This document shows, piece after piece, positions 14,219 through 26,124 of a DNA stretch of 64,000 bases; the stretch's first letter is position 1, and each line of letters opens with the position of its first letter. Source of the DNA: Lingula anatina (lineage: Eukaryota > Animalia > Brachiopoda). Under the pieces are notes generated by a model that made no database searches, was not told where the DNA came from, and was given only the letters and a program-made list of their open reading frames with translations. The stretch spans positions 6,882,001 to 6,946,000 of the forward strand of contig CM120641.1 in assembly GCA_051362555.1 (NCBI GenBank). The letters run 5' to 3'. Position numbers and translations under genes: made by a program.

Positions 14219-14863
14219 ATGAGAAGCAGAATTATCAAAGCGATAGATTTTTATACTTTAAAAATTATGTCCCTTATTTCTGACAACCATAACATGGCAC
14301 AAACTTTAGGAAAAGATGTAAAAATTATCGAAAATGAAATTCACTTTACATCACTAGCTCTGGCCAAACTTTTTCACCAATCTACACTTGCAACAAAACT
14401 TTCCAATGAAATTCACAAATTTCAACTAGGATTTAATGATCTCTTGTTAGGCAAACTGTCACCTCTTCTTGTTCCCCCTCATGATCTGAACAACATTCTC
14501 AACAACAATCAAAACAAGTTATCAAACACCACCTTAAAATTGCATATCCAAATATACAGCATGTCTATTCTACATCACACCCAACAGTTAGCAAACACAG
14601 AAACAAGATTTTGATCACCCTGCCAATTCCACTGACTCCCTTTGTCCAACCATTTACTGTTTATTCTGCAAAATCATTTCCAGTCCCCGTCATCAACAGC
14701 ACAACTCAAAGTACACATTTTTAAAATTGACATACCACAATACTTTGCTACAAACAAGCCAGATCAAACTTTTTACATAGACAGTTTAGACCTGCAATCA
14801 TGCATGCACCAATGCTCTCACTTTTGCCATCTTCCATACCTAAACATTTTTCTTGCCTATTGA
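14219..14863 (+). pseudogene. Decayed env-like ORF of a Gypsy-type LTR retrotransposon
   Basis: Helical segment followed by LLLGKLSPLLVPPHDLNNIL, then a frameshifted ILITLPIPL strand and a Cys-containing region, resembling invertebrate Gypsy env proteins. Confidence 0.55.
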
Positions 14864-15249
14864 ATAACTTGCTGCCATGATTTCATGAGAATAGATCTTT
14901 GAAAAGTGATGGTTTCCCACTGCTGACCGTGGCACAGACAGCGGACACTAGCACGTTTCACCATACAGGGTTTGTTCCAAGGAACTGACAATTACTATAC
15001 ATATTATGAATTTATTAAAAAGACTTATGTATGTACATGTAATGAGCCTAATGAGTACAGGCTAAAGCATATTGGACTTGAAAACACAAGGACATATATA
15101 ATATATGAACTAATAGAATTTCCTCAATATTATATTGACATGTACAAGCTTTTTATACACATTGATATATATACATATGATATACTGTACAATTTAATTT
15201 CACTTAAGGATCCGTGATAGATTTTTATACTTAAATTGGAGGACCAATT

Positions 15250-15713
15250 AAAAAGAGGTGGAGGGTCATATCATAGTGATAGATTTTTACTTTTTCAAAT
15301 ATAATTAAATCTTGTGCAATAGATAGAGAACTAGTGCAATTCACATTTACATAGATGAAACATAGATGTAGACAGTACGGGGACGGTAGACAGGAAAGGG
15401 GATGTACAGTAGATTGGATAGAATAGAATAGATAAGACGCTTCCTGTCAGGAAGTATGGGGACCCTGGGGGGACCCCTACTTCTGGATGGGTGTGTTCTT
15501 AACTTAGATACTAACCAACAGAGTTTAAGTTAGCGGTAGTTGACAGTGATTTGTAAGGTGGCAAGAGAGAGATATAGCAGTAGAGACATACATATAGAGA
15601 TAGCAGAGAGAGAGAGAGAGAGACAGCAACCACTGAGAAGTACAATAAAAGGAGAATAAAGAAGTCAACTTTAAGACAGTCTTGTTTCAGATCAAGGAGG
15701 CACATACTTTACA
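15250..15713 (+). mobile_element. Polypurine tract plus 3' LTR remnant of an LTR retrotransposon
   Basis: Purine tract aaaaagaggtggaggg (15250-15265), then an LTR-like segment with two AATAAA signals near 15644-15660 ending ...TTTACA; lies downstream of the env-like remnant. Confidence 0.5.
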
Positions 15714-16226
15714 ATACTTTAAAATCTAAAATAGTCTTGTGTTAGAATCCTCCCCAGAAGTCAATGCGACAGTTTCCTTCAAGAAGTCGGGACACAGTAT
15801 TCGATTGTTTCATATAATTCGGGTGTTTGTGTGAATAGAATATTTTTCTACATTTTCTCATTGACCCATGTTTGCAAAAGTGGCCCATTATTTTAAAGGG
15901 CCATTGGCAATTCTAAATTCTCCCATTTCATAAGCAAAATCCCTTTTTTTTACTGGATCATGTAAATTATCTTTATATTCTCTGTAGGGATGTTTTTTTT
16001 TTTAATATAAAACTTGTTCTCTTTTCTACATAGATTCAAGTACAGAAGTAAGCTTTAAAGAGTTTATATGGGAACAGCATTAGGAAAGATGGACATGGAA
16101 TCCTAATAATGTCCTAGGACTTCCATTCCTAGCAACGTATTGTAAAGTATGTGCCTCCTTGATCTGAAACATTACGCAACATTTTCGGTAATCTAGAAAA
16201 CCACATTAGTTATTCATTCAAGTGTG

Positions 16227-16762
16227 TGTTGACCAAATCATTAAGAAAGACCATTTCCTTTTCGGCAAAATTAAATTTTTAATGATTTTCATTTATTCAG
16301 CCCTTTAGACAAGTACCTGCTTTAGGCACTAATTAGAAAATCATTTAGCTGATAAATGAACCTTGACCACCAATCAACCATGACGCTAATGAGAGGACGG
16401 CACAGAAATAACCCTTTAAGTGACCTAACCCAGTCTTCCCCTCCCAGTGTCCAGGGCTCGGATGAGTCCGGCCTGGGGTTCCAACCTCGGTACATTTGTC
16501 ACGTTAATAGCTTGGCGTGACAATGGTAGAAGATAAGTTCTTTTAAATTACTAACTTAAGGATATATAAAGCAGGGATTTTCCCTTAGCCAGTACTCATT
16601 TATTCATTCTATATTATTGTATTTAAGCTCTCTGATTTAGCAGCACTATTGTAGTACCACTGGTTACTGAACTTTATAGCCAAGACAAGACTGATGTAGG
16701 AATAAAAGTGTATTTACTCAAGTGATCGTTTTGTTACTGAAGAAGACCGCGCCAACTCAACA
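16227..16762 (+). mobile_element. Probable solo LTR (BEL/Pao- or Gypsy-like)
   Basis: TGTTGA...TCAACA inverted termini, TATATAAA at about 16563, AATAAA at about 16700, imperfect 5-bp flanks gtgtg/ctgtg. Confidence 0.55.
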
Positions 16763-16965
16763 CTGTGCAGCCGGGCTTGATAATCTTGCGTTCCGTTGTG
16801 CATTGTAAGGTGTAAACTTTACAGTATGCCCTAGGACTTGCATTCCCAGAATTGTCCAGTCAGACTTATGTTATAAGGACTACCATTCCTTTGATACCAG
16901 CACTTCAGCTGACATATACAGAAGCATCTTAGCACATATCCGTGAAAAAGAATACAAATTAAATA

Positions 16966-17325
16966 TTGACGATAACAACCCCCGTCAAACAAATACGTAA
17001 GGAGAGGAATGTGATTTGTCACGTGCAAAACACTCCAGGACCACATGATGGGGATGAGACAGATGTTAAATCTGAGCTTACTTTTGTCATCAAATCCTAT
17101 CTGGCTGACAATCCTGATATTGCATGTGGTAGTAGGCCAAGTTTCAAGGTTAAATTCTGTGGTGATGGAACCACTATATCTAGAAAATCTAATATGTGTG
17201 TCATGAGCTTTTCTGTATTTTCACCCCAACACCCTACTATCAGTCCTAGTCCCCATCATGCGGTTGCAGTGGTTAAAAGTACAGAGAGTTATGAAGTGTA
17301 CAAGAAACCTGCCATTGGATCATAG
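16966..17325 (+). pseudogene. Transposase-like fragment
   Basis: FKVKFCGDGTTISRKSNMCVMSFS resembles the first catalytic strand of DDE-type transposases; the family was not determined. Confidence 0.4.
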
Positions 17326-17911
17326 GGGGAATCCCTACATGTCCAAACCAATCAAATTTTATGTAACATTTCTACCTCCACCCTTTTTGGAGAACTGAAA
17401 TCTGGTGGCAACTATGTCTTGCTGCCACTTGTCTACACCAAGTTTTGCTTGTGTTTAGTCGCAAGAAAGCATATGTAAAATTGCACTTATATTTCCCCAG
17501 TTGATTAAAGCAAATAATATCCTTTGTAAAGACAGTACTTGGTTTATGTTTGTGTAACATTAAAGCAATATGCATTGCCACTTTACTTTTGATTTTTGAT
17601 TAATGGTGCGATTAAATACAGGGACAAATCTCTATGGTGGGAATGAGGATAAGTTATTCCGCATATTATTAAGCATTATTTTCCAAACACATTTGAAGAG
17701 GGACTGTAAATTAAGTAGGCAGCGGTCCTTTTAGGCTGCCTGGGAGAAGGAACATCCCTGGTGCATGGAGCACTCAGCATGACTACACTGCCCAACAGGG
17801 GGCTTATAAGAAATATTCCAAGTTAAAGCTAAGGCATGCAAAGAAAAACTAAAAGAATTAGATGCTCCAACCATTCAAAAAATTCAAAGATAGACTGACA
17901 GTCCATATCAC

Positions 17912-18464
17912 AACAAAACAGATTAGAAAGTCCATATATATGAAGGCCAGTAAAAGGAGACAACAGTGCCAGCCAGTGTCTGCCTAGCAGCAGAAATACC
18001 TTTTTGTAAAATACCACTTTGGGAACAGCCTCCAGGTCTGCCATCACTGGGAGAAGCAGTGTTTTGGGCAATGGCACCTGGACCCAGCACCCCCTATGTC
18101 ACGCACCCAACCCCAGCATCCAGCCTGGTTCCAAGCACTCCGGGGAACCCTCGGCCGTCAACTTGCAACCCAGCAGCAACAGTAGCTACCTCCGCGATGA
18201 CACCCGGACCCAGCAGACTCTACTTCACCCACCCAGCCACAGGATCCAACCTAGTCCCAAGCACTCTGGGGAACCCACAGCTGTCAGTCCCCAGCACAGC
18301 AGCAACAGTAACCACCCCCGCGCAGCCTCGCCCGTTGACAAGCCCCATGTTTAACAAAACAGATTAGAAAGTCCATATATATGAAGGCCAGTAAAAGGAG
18401 ACGACAGTGCCAGCCAGTGTCTCCCCAGCAGCAGAAATACCTTTTTGTAAAATACCACTTTGGG
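17912..18464 (+). repeat. 112-bp direct repeats (17912-18023, 18353-18464) flanking a Pro/Thr/Ser-rich internally duplicated segment
   Basis: Near-identical aacaaaacagattagaaagtcc...aataccactttggg copies; the interior holds two diverged units encoding TPGPS..YxTHP...LVPSTxGNP. Confidence 0.85.
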
Positions 18465-19710
18465 TATTTTATAACTGTTAAGAATATCCAAGAATAATTA
18501 AAATAATATTCAAAGAAAACTTAAATAAAGATTATTGCCTGTTCATAATCGGATTTATCAAGATAAGGGGTCACTGCTGAGTCGCTTCCTGCAGCTACCG
18601 TTGTAAACAATATTACATCATAAGTCATAGCAATGTAACAAATCGCGTCGCGAGTTTAATACCACGTGACCAAAGAGAGCGAGGTTTAATTGAGGCGATA
18701 CCCTGGATATCACTTGCTAGCCTGCCACAAAGCTGACTAGACGCATACAACCAACAATTGCCAATTTGACCAGTGTACCAGAACACCAAGTAAGGGTAAG
18801 AGACAAATCCTTGATTTATTTTTGGGCCGCTAAAATCCCCTCGGCACTTTCTGCAGACTAGATTAGCTATTACACTATACGCGTAGTAGAAAACAGCGTG
18901 CTGTATATGCCGCGTTTTCAAAACTTTATCCAGCGAGGTACGCACAAGGGAATTTTTCCCGCAGTATTTCCTACGTCACCTCCTTTTGTGACAGGGATCC
19001 CTTTTAAAGTTGTGCCGACAGGACTTTATGGCCTTTTGACGTAAACATCAGTCAGGTTGGTTATTTTCGCTTAGCTAAAGGAGGTTCATATACTCGGCTT
19101 CATAATTTAGTCATCCAATATGGCAAACGTTCCTCAATAATCAAGCTTAGTTCAATTTTGACGCCGATACATCTCTTAGTTCCAACACACCGACACTAAG
19201 TTAGGTTATTGCTGTTTAATACTTGCACACTCGAGATACGGAAACCAGTACCCATTGTATTCACCACATACGCTGCTTTGAAACTCGCATATCTTATGCA
19301 TAACACGAAGCAAACATGGCGCCAGCGTTCTACGCTTACGTAACAGATAATTAACAACACATGGCGGATGGTCACTTAGCGGCTTGGAGGCATCAAGGTC
19401 TCTAAGATCACAGTCTTTATGGTCAAACATAGTTAGTCTTTATGGCCTAAGGTTTATTTTGCCAGGAAATTAGCTGCATGCTTAGCCTTTCTTAACTCAT
19501 ATCAACAGACACCTGTTATCTTACAACCATGCCAGCACTTATAGGCGCCCAAGCGTGCATGCACGATGCATGCACACACACACAAGCACAAAAAAAAAAA
19601 AAATGCTGTGATATTGCTGTTCTCTAGATAATTAGTCATATAGATATTGCATGCCTATATCCTAGTCTATTTCTTTCAGACACCTTAGTGTACTCCTTAG
19701 CCTCTTTCAA

Positions 19711-20095
19711 CATGAGAATTGTCATAGCTGGGCATAGTCTTATCAAAAGTTTAGAACACGATTCCCCGCCCAACCTCAACCTGGACCCTTCACAGTACCA
19801 TGTCATCTTTTATGAAAAGAGAGGGACTCGCATCGAACACTTTCTTCAGAGTGAGGACTTTTTCCACACCCTAAGGATGACTGATGTGCTTCTGTTCCAA
19901 GTCAGAGGAAACGACGTGAGGGGATCACCATTTGACCCACCAAAGATGATGGACAAGATCGCAACACTGAACCTTAGGATTCTGGAGCGCTTTCCCTACA
20001 TCACAATCTTCTGGGGCCAACTGCTATACAGATCCTCCCCCAGCTGAGGGTACTTGCCGACTAGAGAGGACCAAGACAGATATAATCTTACAGTA
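19711..20095 (+). pseudogene. SGNH-hydrolase-like ORF fragment of a DIRS/Ngaro-type retrotransposon, copy 1
   Basis: IVIAGHSLIK ... RGTRI ... LLFQVRGNDV blocks; homologous copies at 22205-22655 and 26125-26335. Confidence 0.65.
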
Positions 20096-21359
20096 GCAAA
20101 CGAAGTTGGTACTTAACAATTGGCGAGCTCGCCAGGACATTTTTTAGAGGTCTACAGAGATGAACCCGAATTCTCTTCAGCAACTGTTTGACAAAAACAA
20201 TGCTACAAGCGCACCAGGAAGATGGACAGTAGAGAAACTTAATGCAGGAAAAATGGAGAACAGAAGATGCTTGAAATGCACGGATGTAATGCAGGAAAAT
20301 GGAAGTGACCCCACCAGAAAAAACTGGACGTACTGTGCAGGGTTAAGTAAGTTTCCCATAGAGTCACCCATCAAGTGCAGGAAATCACAAAATATGGGCA
20401 AAACAACATCCTTTTCCCAAGCTTCAGGCGAGCACCTTGCAGGTATTACCAACGGACTACACCAAGGTTGCTTATAGAAACCATCCCATTGTTGGAGCAA
20501 TGGCTCCCACACCTACTGTTTATCCTTGGATGCAACCCAATATTATGTTTGTGAGGTCAGCTTCCTCCTGACCATATTGTTTAAACTCACAGGCATAATG
20601 GCCAAACCTTTACCCTACCAGAGGTTGGTGACCCAGTGCTCTATCCCATCTGACTGGAACTGGAACGTGCAAGTACAGAATGTCCTTAAATAGCATTCCT
20701 TACAATGGCTGACCTAACTCCAATATACAGACACCTCCCCTTGTCACCACTAGCGTACAACACCATCCAGGATGTGCTGGTCACCATAACTTCAAAATCC
20801 ATGGCTATACTTTAAAGGAACGGTTTGGAACCACTACTACCAGAATGAACTATGCCACACTGGACGTGTTCATGCATATCTAAATGTACTTGAAATAACG
20901 GTATATACTTAGGACTGAACAATATACTGCAATGGACAAGCTTGCATATTCTGAACTCTTGCATATTCATAGAACACAATTATATGGATCCATTTTATAT
21001 TCCACTAAAACAGAGGACCAGCAATTCATGAGAGCAGTGACTTCAGTATTGAAGTTAACACTTAGAAATTTGTAAGCTGCTCTTCAGAGAGAAAAAAAAA
21101 AGTATATTCCAAGAACTTGACTCATTTCATCAATATTTTACAAAGCTAAATGAGGCTATGGAGTTAGTCTTGCTATACTACTCCTTATGGTAGCCCTGAC
21201 TGCGAGTACGGGAGATATTACTCCACTGAAAGATGGACTTACGATATGCAGTTGGGAACCCATGAGAAAACAGCTGTGCTCCCAACAGACTTGTGTCTTA
21301 GTGATGGAGAAAAGTCTGACGAAGGCATGCCAGGGCCCAGTGGCATAAATATGCCAACT

Positions 21360-21490
21360 GTATCTGAGTGTCAGAAAGAAATAGAAACTAGAGTAGAGAC
21401 GATGAACAAAACAGTGGGGGAGACAGCATTAAGAAATATCAGAAAGGCACAACAGGAACAAAAATAGCAATATGATGCTTGCCATTTGAC
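21360..21490 (+). pseudogene. Gypsy/Ginger-type integrase C-terminal fragment
   Basis: ALRNIRKAQQEQK*QYDA matches the NIxKAQxKQKxxYD motif that follows the integrase core. Confidence 0.5.
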
Positions 21491-22204
21491 AGGTAACTTA
21501 TAAAACATTTGTTTCACATGGTAAGACCATTATATGTACACTGTTTGACTGATGTTATTTTATATTGCTGTTGTTGCAGTGTGTACATATGTGTATTTCA
21601 AAATCGGGAGCATACATCCTCCAAATTGAAGGGGGCTTAAAAGTGCACCATGGTCGTGGGCCTGGGAACTGGATTGATGGCCACCAGCGGAATAATAGGT
21701 AAACACCTCAACCTCCTTGCTACACCATTGGATTCTCATATCCTCCAAACTGTAGGGGCCAAAATTGTACCTGAAGAGATTGTTAATATTCGTCAACTTC
21801 TAAACAAAGAGCAAAAGCAAAACTTAGCATAACTGAGCTTATTTTGAACAATAAAAAGATTCCACTACTTCAGATCCTGATAAAACAAAACTAAGGGTCC
21901 TGACCGCTGAAGTTTCTCCTCTCAATAAACAAGCCACACAGAGAGAGTGCTAGCGAGAAAGTATAAAACCCAATGAAAAAAATGTTTGTAGAAATGTTGA
22001 ACAATAGGGGTGCACGCACAATATAAGTGAAGGCTCAAAAATGGGTGACTCCAGTTAATGCCCAATATAAAAACATAATTATTAAACCTAGCAAATAATT
22101 TTACTTTTCAAATAAACTGAATTTATAAATTAAGGCTGGTGAAGCTTTGGCTCTACCCTAGTGTATTATATTTTAGATTGTTGCATGCCTCCTATTCTCA
22201 CCAC

Positions 22205-23491
22205 TATGACCATCATGATAGCTGGCCATAGCCTAATTAAGAGATTAGAACATTAGTCCCCCCACAACCTCAACCTTGACCAAGCCACATTTAACATCCA
22301 TTTTTATGGCAAAAGTGGGGCCCAGCTGGACCACTTTCTGTCCAGCAGTGACTTTCTGGAAAAAACAAAACACTCGGACCTCATCCTTCTCCAAGTGGGT
22401 GGCAACAATGTAAGAGGCTCCCCATTTGATGTACAGAAGATATTGGACAAGGCAACCCTTCTGATCCTGATAATACAGGAAATCAACTCCAAAGCTATGA
22501 TTTTCTGAGGACAGCTTCTCTTTAGATTGGCACCAAGCTGTGGATACCTCCCAACAAAGACAGACCAGGACAGGTACAACAACTACGTCAGGGATGTGAA
22601 CAGGGCCTTGAGAGAAGCCTCCCATGCCATCCCCCTTTCTATTTTGCACATAGGGTTATTACCCTTTTTAGTAGTAAAGTTGTAAGCTGGAGGACTTATG
22701 ATGAAAAGTTCTGCCTCAAACGAGCCAGCGAGTCAGTAAAATGGGAGGAAAAAGACCCAGTCATTTATGGGCACTCCTTAGGTTCACCAAAATTAGATAA
22801 TTTTCGTCCCCAAGAAACCTGCTAAAACTACAATAAAGGCAAATGCAGATACCTGCACAAATGTTGCCAGAATTTCAACAGATACCTGAAGCGCTGTGCC
22901 AAGTAGGCTTTCAACAGATACCTAGAGCACTGTGTCAAGGCGGCAAAACTTTTGCACCTAAATATCACAAGCCATAGCTTTAGGATAGGAGAAGCAACAC
23001 TCACAGCCAGTCTCGGCATGTCAGAAACACAAATCAGACTTTTAGGCAGATGGAGATCAGATGCTTATAAAAAAATATCTCAGATTCTAAATACAGAGTA
23101 TAACCCCTATGACATTATGGTGATGACTGCTGACAATTCTCCATGAGCCTCGGTCCTCACTAGCCCAACCTATCCTCCCAACCCTGCCATGGGTCTCCTC
23201 GTCAACCCATCCCCCTACTCTCAATCCAATTCCATGCTCCCCAACCTTTTCCCCCTCAATACATCGCCCCTTACCAAATGTCCCACCAAAATTTTGCACA
23301 TCAGACGCCACAACCTGACTTCACGTATGCCCCACCCCAATTTCCGGATTCCGGAGCAAGGTAATAAAATTCCCATAACTTCAATCGACCACCATGTAAA
23401 CCACAAATTAAGATCGAAAATTTGGGATGATGAATTTGTTAATCTAAAAGACCTTATTCCCCCTGACTCTTTGGCTAGAGCTACAATCTAA
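22205..23491 (+). mobile_element. Scrambled DIRS/Ngaro-type retrotransposon fragments, block 1
   Basis: SGNH piece (IMIAGHSLIK...LQVGGNNV, 22205-22655), gag-like YDEKFxLKRA..WE plus Cys/His finger (22690-22880), tyrosine recombinase C-terminus SHSFRIGEAT...IRLLGRWRSDAYKK (about 22950-23085), and gag-like KLRSKIWDDEFVNLKDLIP (23189-23491). Confidence 0.8.
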
Positions 23492-23694
23492 TCATGATTG
23501 TCTGGGCATCTTTGAAAACCAGACTTGCTTGCAACTTTGTAACATATTTGCTTTTATGAAATTCCAGAATGCAGAAACAGTCCTTAAGGGAGCAGGTTTG
23601 ACTTTGGTTAAACAGTCCATCTGCCTAGATACCTTTTAGGGCTTATGTTAAGGATCGGCTATTGCGGGATTTCAGGAAAAGCAAGGAAACCTTT

Positions 23695-23785
23695 TGTGAT
23701 ATACCATTTTGTAAAAATGGATTACCACAAATGGATCCAGTGCAATATCTGTACTTCATGGTGCCACACAGTGTGCCAACATAAA
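23695..23785 (+). pseudogene. PHD-finger fragment, probably transposon-derived
   Basis: KWIQCNICTSWCHTVC fits the WIQCxxCxxWxHxxC pattern of a PHD finger. Confidence 0.55.
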
Positions 23786-24279
23786 GACAAAAAAAAAAAG
23801 TGTATAGTGGGACTTACGACTTAACACCCAAATAGAAAATTTCACACAATCACCCTATGAAAATCTCACATCATACAACAGAAAATTACAAGAATAAAAA
23901 GCTAACAGAACCTTCCACATCCCAGGGGATGCGGAACCCCTTATCCTTAGGGTATACACTCAAGACTTGCCGAATACCATATAGTTAGGGGACAGCAAAA
24001 CACTAACAGGCACCTTATCAGCTTAAACTGGACTGAAACTAAGAATGCCAGCAGAGAGGTCTTCTAGCAATTCAAAGGGGAAGCCTGTCAGGCATTTAGA
24101 ATAGATAATATGGAAATAGGGGTATTTAAGTTTAAGAATTGACTGCACACTATGTTGATTCATTTGCCAACTCTCCCCTTAGAGTCTAGCTTTGGATATA
24201 ATTGTGTTAGGCGATATGAAGAGAAAACATTAGATCACTGATAGGGTGACAGATGAAGGTATGCGTTTATACTGCCAAA

Positions 24280-25830
24280 CATGTTAAGAATTGAGAGCCC
24301 TGCAAAAGAGAGATATTTCAAGTAAATTATGGTAATGTTACATTTAAAAGAGGACATAGGCGGAAGGGCGGAAGAGGGCAGTCAAATAGTCTGTTTGGAG
24401 TAGCAACAAACGAACAGCTTAATAAGGTAATAGAGCATGTCAAATCTTTGCAAACTAGGCAACAGAAAGCTCTGCCTTTTCTAAATTCAGTTCCAGGGTG
24501 ACGACAAAATCAGGAACTTTGTGGCGTAAATTATAAGAATAGGGAGGAAGGTTAAATTACCTGATCAGCATATAATGACAGCAATATTAAATGGGATACA
24601 ACCCTCAGTTTGGGCAACAGTAATGATGCAAAGGCCAAGTAGTCTTACATATTTAGAAGCAGTATCAGAGTATATAAACCCCTCTGAATCTTGACATTAA
24701 CAGTAGATGTAGTAGACTCAAGAGGAGGTCAGATCTGTGGCAATAAAGGTCTCTCCAGTTACTCTCTGTGTTTTTCATTTGAAGAATATACCTAGAGAAG
24801 TTAGACCCTCATACTGGTGGAGAACCTGAGCAAAAATATGCGCAGAGTATCCCCCAGATCAGCAATGGCCACATAGAGAGAGGGAGAGACCAGCCAGCCA
24901 GCAGTACCTCCTCAGCAGCGTGTAGAGGCAACTACACTTAACACCAGTACTGAACAACAGCAACAACTGCAAATGGCACCTCCACTGTGAGTAGAGCCAG
25001 CAGATGAACCAATCCCCCCTTCGGCACAGCAGGCGGAACTACTACATCTCAGACTTGTATAAAGCAAAAAAGGAACTAATGTTGGAACATCTCAATATGG
25101 TAAATAAAGAATGGTACAACGAGAATACACCAGTGTTTTCTCTTTTTGATAAAGATACCCTTATTTACTGCATAAAACTCCCCCTTGTCAACAAAGAAAC
25201 ATATTTTCTTTATAATGTTAGGACATTTAAATCCCCGCACACGAAACCAGGTTATAGCGCAAAATTGGCATTACCAGCTTCAAAAATTGGGTTGCATCCT
25301 AAAACTGGTGATATTTTCAATCCCACACAATGTCTTGGTAAAAATCCAATAGCATGTAACTCGGGGACCAATATTTAGAACTGGACAGATTTGTGAAAGA
25401 GCTTATAAGAGATCCCAAACACAGAAATTTGTGTGTTGTTGAAATTACTCAAAGGACTCAAGTTATAGTTTGGACACAGAAATTGACTCTGGAAAATTCT
25501 TCATCAAGACATGGGGAGAAAGATTGTAAACTAGATGTATAAAATCACCAGAAACTTTAATACAAATCACCTTTGGCACATATCTAATTGATGTAGAAAA
25601 TGGGTGTTCTGTCCATGGAAACAATTTTATTTTGCCAGGCATAATACGAAAAATTGGGAAAATTTCGTTAAAACCCATACAATTACATTTTACAGAATCT
25701 TTTAATATTCATGCTGTTATAGTTGAAACAAAAGCAATAAAATTATTAGAAAATTTGGAGGCAAAAAATTTTAAAATGTCAGCAAAGACAAATTTAGCTC
25801 CTTTGGCTGACACAGAAGGATCAAACTAGG
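24280..25830 (+). pseudogene. Gypsy-type env and gag-like fragments
   Basis: LFGVATNEQLNKVIEHV fusion-peptide-like piece (about 24390-24440), a gag-like piece (24490-24800), and an env-like IKLPLV...LYNVRTF...CLGKNPIAC region with frameshifts (25040-25830). Confidence 0.5.
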
Positions 25831-26124
25831 AGGAAATTTAAAAAAAAAAGATATATATAACAAACAATGTTTTAATATAGAATACACACGGTACATAGCA
25901 ACAGAAGTAATAAAAAAAAGAACCTACCATTATAATTATTTCTCATATAGTTAAACACTATCATTGTACAACTTATGTTTTAAGTGTGAATATGGTATAA
26001 AAAGTGTGTATAACTGTCTTTAAGTCCAAAATGACTGATACCAGTCATTTTGAGAGGGGAAAGGGAGGACTTACTATTTACCTACAGCGCTTTCCCACGG
26101 AAGCCCTTCTGGCCCTATTAGTCT

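Noticed and set aside
16111-16850. 22-nt similarity (cctaggacttccattcc / cctaggacttgcattcc) flanking the solo LTR region
   Set aside because: Too short and imperfect to interpret without a family consensus.
17912-18464. TRIM or LTR element
   Set aside because: The direct repeats lack TG...CA termini, and no PBS, PPT or TSD was found.
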